A stretch of 64,000 nt of DNA, from assembly GCF_947568905.1 (NCBI RefSeq), contig NC_079165.1, forward strand, positions 61,318,001 through 61,382,000. Direction: 5' to 3'. Position 1 is the stretch's first letter. The number at the start of each line of letters is the position of its first letter. Positions 55,922-64,000 of this stretch are shown here, piece by piece. Under the pieces are notes generated by a model that was given only the letters and a program-made list of their open reading frames with translations, did no database searches and was not told the origin of the DNA. The position numbers and the translations under genes were made by a program. Source of the stretch: Ostrea edulis (taxonomy: Eukaryota).

Positions 55922-56467
55922 AGAAGTAAAAATATGACCTATAAAAGCAACGGTGCCCTATATAATTATTGTCGGTTTTTATTAGCGTTTGGAATGAACT
56001 TTCAAAAGTTGGTAATCATTTGTCTAAAATTAACATAGTTGATTAGTGAGAGGGCCAAAGGTTAATATTGAGGTCTATGGGCAACCTCTGCACTCTTTTC
56101 GCTAGTAAAGACGCTCACTTCGCAACTTGGAGGTTACGGGTTCCAGTCATTGTTTGGGTTTTTGGGGGGGGGATCTTGGTATTTTCAGGATGATTTTTAA
56201 ATTTAATTGTAAAACATTATACACATATAGCATTTAAATTATTTGAAATACCACACATCCATGTTTTTCTCTTTAAAAGATTTGGAAGCAGAAGACGACA
56301 TATGCTTGCAACCAAAGAATACAGGTCCGTGTAAAGCAAGAATGAAACGATTCTACTTCAATTCCGTGAAGAAGATCTGTGAAGAGTTTATCTACGGGGG
56401 ATGTAAGAAAAACGACAACAATTTCAAGAGTCTTGAAGAGTGCAAAAACAAATGCATTGGCAACTGA
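54303..56467 (+). CDS. Sushi-A, sushi-B, linker and Kunitz exons (cassette copy 3, complete); 5' end unresolved
   Basis: Exons 54303-54506, 54599-54802, 54999-55064, 56280-56467, all joined in phase 1. Kunitz CLQPKNTGPCKARMKRFYFNSVKKICEEFIYGGC..C..C; AATAAA at 56485. Candidate signal exon at 53069-53114 (MKKIEINCLPILLLV). Confidence 0.88.
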
Positions 56468-57480
56468 CTACGTTGATCTGGACTAATAAAAGTGTTATTT
56501 TCTTTTATTTTATTTTTTTTCTAGAATTCTCTTAATTGGGTGTGACTTCCTTTCTAAATTAACCTACATGTATAGCCCGATGAAGTACATGCATCTCTTT
56601 TGGCTGTAGTTCAAGTTCACGTTGAGGTTTTATTTAGCAATATACAGGAAGCGTGTTGTGTGAAATATCTTTTCTAAGTGTTATTGTCTGTAAGGATTTG
56701 GACACTTGTACAAGAAATATGGCACTTATGACCACATATTTTGTTACAACTTCATAAAGTGATTGCACCTGGTGCTAGAAACAATATCTTTCCACAACTC
56801 AGTTGCCTTGGCTCTGTATAGAAAAGTTAAAAAGATGTAGGTCATTATTTATCCAATCACAAACCCCTCGGGTTTTGTTTGTCTTGTCAATATCAATTTT
56901 GAGTCTTTTATTTATATCAGTCAAAAACACGAGACACTTGTTTTTACAAGTAAATTGTTAATAAATAAAAATAAATGGGGAAATCACATTATATCTAATG
57001 ATATAAAGGATGGTGAAGTCAAGACTAGAAAATTGATAGACAATGGAAAACAAAATTAAATTTCGGTATAAGTGTTAATAGGTCAAACATATGGAGCACT
57101 AGTAAAGCTACCCATTACAACAGGATTAATATTACAGTTTCAGGTAAGTTATCTAGAACACTATTATTCAATAATAATTCTTAAAGCTACTGAGTTCAGT
57201 TACAAAGACACTTTAGACACGACTACACCCCCCCCCCCCTCCTTCCCCCTCAGGCAATGCAATGTTCATAGCAAAGTGGAAAAATCGTCTTCATTACACT
57301 TCAATATTCCTTTAACCAACCTTCGGTGGATTTGGTTGAATGAAAAGATAAGAAAGTTGTTTGTCACCCCTCTTTTGCAAGGCAAAAAGGTCGTTATCGT
57401 GTCAGCACCTCAATGTCAGCCGACAAAACTCCAACGTTTGGATAAGAGCGATGCATCTTACAATATGTGACGTCTCAATT

Positions 57481-57788
57481 GTTTAATGGTTGTTTGTTTT
57501 ACGTCCCGTCGAGAATTTTCCACTCATATTGAGACGTCACCAGTTGTAGGTGAAGTACCACAAATTTAGACCTATGCCTAGCGCTTAGGACCTTTGCAGT
57601 GAGGGTTCTTTAAAGTGCCAACGCCTGCAGCGATACGGGACCTCCGTTTTCAAGGTCACATACGAAAGACCCGTGATTGCCAAACGTTTGGCGAAGGAAC
57701 AATTTCTACAGAGGTCTTTATGTACGTCTTAGGCCATGGCACGAGCGGGACTCGAACCCACGAAGATAACTACCACTGAGCTACCGCG
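57481..57788 (-). mobile_element. SINE with tRNA-derived head (related subfamily)
   Basis: Minus-strand A box tagctcagtgg and B box ggttcgagtcc; 3' half resembles the other SINE copies. Confidence 0.7.
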
Positions 57789-57806
57789 TGTATAAATATG
57801 ACCCCC

Positions 57807-58088
57807 CAGTACCCCATGCTTGTCGTAAAAGGCGACTAAATAGAGCGGTTCTTCGGATGAGACCGCAAAAACCGAGATCCCATATCACAACAGGTGTGGC
57901 ATGATAAAGAACCCTTCCTGCTCAATGGCCATAAGCACCGAGCATAGGTCTAAATTTTGCACCTCTTCACTGGCAATGATGATGTCTCCATATGAGTAAA
58001 TCATTCTTGAGAGGGACGTTAAACAATCTATTTATCTATCTATAGATATATCTATCTATCTGTCTATCTATAGCTATATCTATCTACT
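57807..58088 (+). mobile_element. 5'-truncated SINE with (tatc)n tail
   Basis: Matches 227-464. Confidence 0.8.
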
Positions 58089-58194
58089 AGAATATCGTTT
58101 TTGTATATGGGTATACACTATACAGTGTCTGGTGCCAGAAATTCCCCTTATTTGCCATATTCGATTAGCACCGCAATTCTTTAAGATTTCATTC

Positions 58195-58458
58195 GAGTGA
58201 TATCAGCACCAGAAGACAGTGTATCTGGATTTCCACTAGAGTGATATCAGCACCAGAAGACAGTGTATCTGGATTCCCCACTAGAGTGATATCAGCACCA
58301 GAAGACAGTGTATCTGGATTTCCACTAGAGTGATATCAGCACCAGAAGACAGTGTATCTGGATTCCCACTAGAGTGATATCAGCACCAGAAGACAGTGTA
58401 TCTGGATTCTCACTAGAGTGATATCAGCACCAGAAGACAGTGTATCTGGATTACCACT
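58195..58458. repeat. 44-bp minisatellite x6
   Basis: gagtgatatcagcaccagaagacagtgtatctggattNccacta units start at 58195, 58239, 58284, 58328, 58372 and 58416. Confidence 0.95.
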
Positions 58459-58531
58459 TTCAGCATGTATTCTCTTATGCCGTCGCTCCTTGAACATGAG
58501 CAACTTAAGTAATATACAAATGATAAAAACA

Positions 58532-61034
58532 TTACAGCGTTTGGTTTATTTCACAAATAAATGGATGCTTCTCTCCGCAATCAACATCCCCCCACGTCAA
58601 ATCATCGTCTGGATACTGCAACAGAAGACAGTCCTGGTTGCTACCTACGTTATTTGGTTGCCCCGGCTGCCAGTTGCTATAGGTAATGGGGTATGGAGTT
58701 CCAGTATCTGTCCATTCAAATATGCCTTCTGCTCTGTCGTCCGATCCACTTGTGTAGAACCCATTGTTGGCCACAACACTCAAATCTGTTATGAAATGTG
58801 ATATGGTAAATGATTCATATTTGTAACATACATGTACCAATTTATTGTGAATTATTCGGACGATGGATCTCCGTATAAAAAAAAACTAATGCTCTTAAAA
58901 ACGAATACACTGTACCTGCCATCCATAACTCTAAAACACTACTTCACCTTCGGATAGTTTGATGACTTTGACGATATAGGCTTGTTCCTCACTGGATTTA
59001 ATGGAAACCAGGTGGGAATACGGATTCTCCTTTTTACACGCGACCTGGGCCTCATACCAAGTACTCGGTGTTGTATGGAATGTGTAGTACGCGGTGGAGT
59101 TAGAGGTCATACGAGAGTGAACATTTGATGGGTACTTTGGAATGCCTTTCAAAACAATAAAACGTATAGTAAACTCTAATATAATCATTGCTTCTATTTT
59201 TAATAACGTTGCAATTGATAATTCTTATAAAATTATCATCAAAAGATACATTTTGTGATTTCTTACTAGAACACAGATAAGGACTTACTTTTGCATGAAG
59301 AATTGAAAACATAGAGGTCGTCTATTGCTATATCCCCGTTTCTTTTATAGTAGGAGTACCCAGAACTGTAGTGGTATACCTTATGGCTGTCTGTTTTTGC
59401 CTCAAAGACCAACTTCATATGAAGAACACATGTCAAAATATTATCTAATTCATAAGCATTCAAGCAGTAATGTTCCATAAGGAAAATCAATTTTCGACAT
59501 TTAGCAATACACTGTATATCCCTAGCGAGCTTTCAAAAATATTCTTACACTAAGAGGAGAAGAAGTATATTCTGAATCTAAATTAATCTTTCCAAGATGC
59601 CAATCCTGATTTAGGTTGCCCTTCTGAGAAAAGACTGGATTTCCTAAACCTCCGTGGATCTATAAAAAAAAAAGGTTTACTCACATTACATAATCTTGGG
59701 TGTGGACTATTTTCCGAAACGTATGTAGATGTGAAACGTTATGATGAATATATACACCACGTTACACTGAACATACAACTGAACTTCTAGTTGGTTGTGG
59801 TATATGTAATAAATAAAGGCTCTCATACACAATACATGTAACGTACACACGATGTACAATTTCTATAACATTGATATGTAATTAACTTTTAGAAAATCGA
59901 AGTAATAAACATCCCAAACCTTCGCATATACATTCAACTCTTTAACATCTGCACCGTGGAGATTATACCAGAAGAGAATACAGTATCCATGAGAGGACGG
60001 AAACTCAGGGGAGATAAACCTTGCAGTGGACGTTGTTGATGACGAGTGTCGTGTGGCATGGTCGTAAGCATCAAGAAACATATAGTGTCCTAAAAGTAAT
60101 AGAAATAATTTTATCAAAACTTGAATGAAAATCGTAAAATGATACACTTTATACTTATCATATGACAACATATTCAATCTATATCCAATACATGTGTGAC
60201 GAAAATATGAGAAGGATCTGAAATTGTTTTACTACTAGTAACCTGCATTGTACGGATGGTACATGTATCTTACCATGTGGATTCCCGTACGTGTGATCCT
60301 GTTTTGGTCCTGTTGTAGATGCTTGCGTCCCATGACCAGACGACCAGTCCATATCGTCTGATTTATCTTGGTGAAACCCACATTGACTCGATGTTTCAAA
60401 ATCGCAAAAAAGAATCGGGGAACCATCAGAGGATGAACCTAATATTAAGGAAGTCCAACAGAATTGTTATGGTCAATGTAAACTCAACGAAAACGTGAAC
60501 GGATGTCAGTTAGCGATTACCTTGTTGAGACGTAGTCGAGGCAGCTGAGGCATGCCCACAAATCTGCGCTTTCCTTGTAACGTCATGGAGTTCATTTTGA
60601 AGACGATCCCTCTCTTTGAACCAATTCTGTCTTTCTGTTGTTATAGCATTTTCTGTTGTCTGGATGTCCATAACATATTTTGCAAGTGTGGCATTGTCTT
60701 TTGTTTTTCTTTCGCGAATAGCGGTCAATTCCAACGACTTTGCGTTCAACTCTGCTTGTATCCCCTTCAAGTCGGCACGCACAGCCTGGAACGTCGAGTT
60801 GATAGTTTCTACCCAAGACGAAAGATTCCGCTGTTCGGTTTGAACTGATGTAATGTCACTACATGGACAACTTCGTTGACTTCCTGCGCTGGTCAACGAC
60901 CTTTTTGCACTGCCCTCACAGTGATGTACTTGGATATTATAAAGACATGAACCACTAAAGCCACAACTTGATCCTGCAGAGTTTTGAATTGGTAGTATGT
61001 GTATTATGAACAATAGCGATATACAGTTCTTCAT
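58532..61034 (-). CDS. Secreted coiled-coil - MAM - C-type lectin protein, about 511 aa
   Basis: Exons 61034-60521, 60438-60274, 60089-59920, 59659-59549, 59412-59289, 59145-58948, 58785-58532 (1536 nt, GT-AG, in frame). Signal peptide; heptad-rich region; MAM (CDFE..CGF.Q..DDMDW..GP..DHT.G..CILFWY..GDIAIDD); CTLD (W.EA..C..HLVSI..FEW..YSNW.PGQPN..C..W.D..C..FICE). Confidence 0.92.
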
Positions 61035-61217
61035 ACTGATAATATCTGCTATATTAAAATCTTCTGTGTACGAGAGATAAGACTAACTGACCTCTTTTAT
61101 AGATAAAGTTCGTTTGCAACGACCGAGAAATACACTTAAAATTGAATATTTCATTTCTCGGTGTCTTAGAAATTATTATATATATTTCAATCAAGTTAAG
61201 CAAGTTAAGGTATTGTT

Positions 61218-61790
61218 ACATGGAAAGGTAAAGATAACGAACAGTGATCAATGAAAGGTGAAGATAACAAACAGTGATCAATTTCATAACTCCTATAAGC
61301 AATACAAAATAGATAGTTGGGCAAACACGAACCCCTGGACACACCAGAGGTGGGATCAATCTCATAGCTCCTATAAAGAATGCAAAATTAAAAAGTAGGG
61401 CAAACACGGACCCCTCAACATACCAGAGGTAGGATCAGGTGCCTAGAAGTAGTAAGCATCCCCTGTCTACCGGCCACACCCGCTGTGAGCAGTATATCTG
61501 GATCGGGTAAACGTAGTAATCCGCAGTCAAATTCAGTGTGTAAATAACGGCCTCAATTGGTATGAAACATGGCAGACAGCATTTTACCCAAATGACATGT
61601 TGTATTGGTATATTAAATCTTTTTTACCACCATAACCTTTGTGAATTGCTGACTTTAAACAAGACTGTTGAAACTCCTGTAACATCAACTTGTGCATCGA
61701 ATCAGTTAAGAGAGATAAATACTATATGCAGGTGATAATGGAATGTTGGTACATTAATATGGGAAGTTAACGATGGAGAAGTTGAAAGAA
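61218..61790 (-). mobile_element. Penelope-like retroelement 3' remnant (RT C-terminus plus tandem 3' repeats)
   Basis: Broken minus-strand frame FNFSIVNFPY*CTNIPLSPAY..KLMLQEFQQSCLKSA..DL..QYN..ML, followed by partially duplicated 3' units. Family assignment is from memory. Confidence 0.6.
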
Positions 61791-61904
61791 GATGCAAGTC
61801 GTCGACTATTTAGTCTGTGATTACTCTTCAAATTATGCTCCAAGTCAGGATAAAGACCATAAAAACGCTCACGTGAGTCGCAAGATTGCATGATCATATA
61901 CATG

Positions 61905-62068
61905 TATGCAAGGTGAAGATAACGAACAGTGATCAATCTCATTACTCCTACAAGCAATACAAAATATATAGTTGGGTAAACACGGACCCCTAGACACATC
62001 AGAGGTGGGATCAGGTGCCTAGGAGGAGTAAGCATCCCCTGTCGACCGGTCACACCCGCCGTGAGCCT
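61905..62068 (-). mobile_element. Penelope-like 3' repeat copy
   Basis: Reverse complement of the 53241-53363 repeat. Confidence 0.65.
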
Positions 62069-62506
62069 TATATCCTGTATATCTAGTTTTCACAAACTTA
62101 AGTTCAGGACTGATGATTATTATGCCAGTTTACTTGGCTTGTCTAGTATTCCTGGTGGGGATGGGGCCTTCTCCTGAATGATTCACTGTAAAAGGAACGC
62201 ATGGTGGGATGGACCTGTTATTCTTAATTGAATCAAGATTATTTGATACATATCAAATAGTCCACAATTAATTAAGATTGGCTAATACAGTTCGTACCGT
62301 TTACGAATTAAACCTGGTTCGAACTATCTTGCCTCTTACAATTCCGCCTAACGGGGAACGAGTTAACTTTTCATTCTGCTCAAACCTCTGGAGTGCATTC
62401 GATTATAAAACTCTTCAGACACGAGTGTCGTCGGTGAGCATGTGCAATAAAGCAATCTGAATTGATGTAATCGAATGCCGAGTGTCGGGCTCCAATGTAA
62501 ACAAAT

Positions 62507-63987
62507 ATGGCCGATAAAGTGGGCATAGTGTTAGCTGTTGATTATTTCCTTGATGAAGAGGACATAGATGAGGATGATGAGGATATTCTCCCACATTATT
62601 TTGTTAACGTTATCAGAAGAGAACGTGTACCATCGATAAAATCTTTCTACGAAGAAGTGTTACCAGATTTTTCTTTTCTTGATTTTAGTAAACATTTTCG
62701 GCTAACAAAACAAACATTTACCCGTTTATTTCGGGAGATAGAACCTAATATTGCGAAGGATGTTCGAACACAAGGCAGACAACCGATATTAACAGAGAAA
62801 CGAGCCATGGTAGGCCTGTGGTATTTATGTAATACAACTTCCATGAGAGAAATTTCTTTACTGTTTGGGATTTCACAGTCAACAGTTTTTGATTGTGTCC
62901 ATGACTTTTGTTATGCTTTATGCTCAGTCCGGAATCGAATTATTTCTTGGCCAGACCCCCAGCGTCAACAAGAAATTTCTGACCACTTTGAAGCTGAGTG
63001 TCAAATACCCGGTATAGTGGGAATAATTGATGGTAGTCACATCACTCTAACCAGTGTTCCTAATGGAGATCAAGATTATATCAACCGAAAAGGGTATCCT
63101 TCACTGCAGTTACAACTTATTGTAGATCATATATTACTTATAACAGACAGCTTCGTTGGATGGCCAGGGTGTACCCATGATGCCAGGGTATTCAGAAACT
63201 CAGATATCCACGACGAGTTGGAAAATGGAATTTTAAATCCACAGTTTTTTATCATTGGTAAGATATTTCTAATTCTATGAAATGAACAAAATTTTCTCCC
63301 GTATTAACTCTATTAAGCACCCATTCCCTATTCAAATATCAGCTTTAATAGGCTATCTTCATTTGCAATATGTAGTATTACGGTTACCACTTTTTCTATA
63401 CTGTTGTTTGTTTGTAAAATTACAATATCACTTATTTTAACCACATGAAAGATTTCAACAAAAATATACCTCATAGACTTAGAATTTTCTAGGCACCAAA
63501 GCCAATCAATAGAGTTGAACAGAATAGCCAGTTTTTCTGTACAGTTTTGTAACATAAAATTCAAGGCAGGGAAATACATGTCTAAATACTTTTTTATGAA
63601 AACATTGCAGGAGATTCTGCCTACCCACTGAAACCTTACTTGATGACTCCTTTTCGTGACAATGGAAGGTTAACTGTCCCCAAGAGACATTATAACAGAA
63701 AGCTGTCAACATCACGTCAGAGTGTAGAAAGAGCTATTGGCTTACTGAAATGTCGGTTCAGAAGACTTACAAGCCTACCCTGTTTGAGTGTAGAACGTGC
63801 TTGCAAACTCATAACTGCATGCTGTGTGCTTCACAACATGTGTATTCTGTCAAATGACTCTGTTAATGACATGCTGGATGACCTCCCTCCATACAATTAC
63901 ATCAACAACTATGGACCACTTTATGGAAATGCCCCCCTTGGTGTACATTTCCGTAATCAAATTGTTCAGTATCTGCAAACACTGTAA
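62507..63987 (+). CDS. PIF/Harbinger DDE transposase (HARBI1-like), 375 aa
   Basis: Exons 62507-63257 and 63611-63987 (G|gtaaga..gcag|GA, in frame). F..HFRL.K.TF N-terminal motif, IIDGSHI, DARVF, GDSAYP, SVERAIGLLKCRFR, CCVLHN. Confidence 0.92.
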
Positions 63988-64000
63988 AATTTGAACATTG

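Noticed and set aside
55742-56038. Poly-Lys ORF
   Set aside because: Artefact of a 32-nt poly-A tract in an intron.
58195-58458. CRISPR-like appearance of regular repeats (also 3806-3880 and 20461-20596)
   Set aside because: Contiguous tandem units without unique spacers, eukaryotic context, no cas genes.
60552-60848. Overlapping ORFs at 60552-60848
   Set aside because: Shadows of lectin exon 1.
61754-62053. 99-aa ORF (also 7469-7696, 53108-53384 and 61216-61407)
   Set aside because: Translations of the Penelope-like repeat.

Overview
AT-rich, intron-containing animal genomic DNA. Repeat content (Helentron/HINE units resembling oyster Cg170 satellite, bivalve tRNA-SINEs) suggests a bivalve, probably an oyster (inference). 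Genes reconstructed by hand from splice sites, most of them invisible or fragmentary in the ORF track: a class A peptide-type GPCR (minus, 2 exons); SPCS3 (minus, 5 exons, with a U12-type AT-AG intron) head-to-head with PRCP (plus, 9 exons, complete catalytic triad); UFM1 (minus, 5 exons, split ATG) head-to-head with an orphan signal-peptide exon; a triplicated sushi-sushi-linker(-Kunitz) cassette in which copy 1 has dead sushi exons but an intact Kunitz exon, copy 2 has intact sushi exons but no Kunitz, and copy 3 is complete; a 7-exon secreted coiled-coil-MAM-C-type-lectin gene (minus); and an intact intron-containing Harbinger transposase. Many transposons are interspersed: a tRNA-LTR TRIM with 4-bp TSD, a TTAA-flanked Kolobok-like element with a Pol III unit, hAT and TAA-TSD MITEs, a foldback element, HINEs, and SINE, LINE and Penelope-like remnants. 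All coordinates and translations were done manually; no database search was run.
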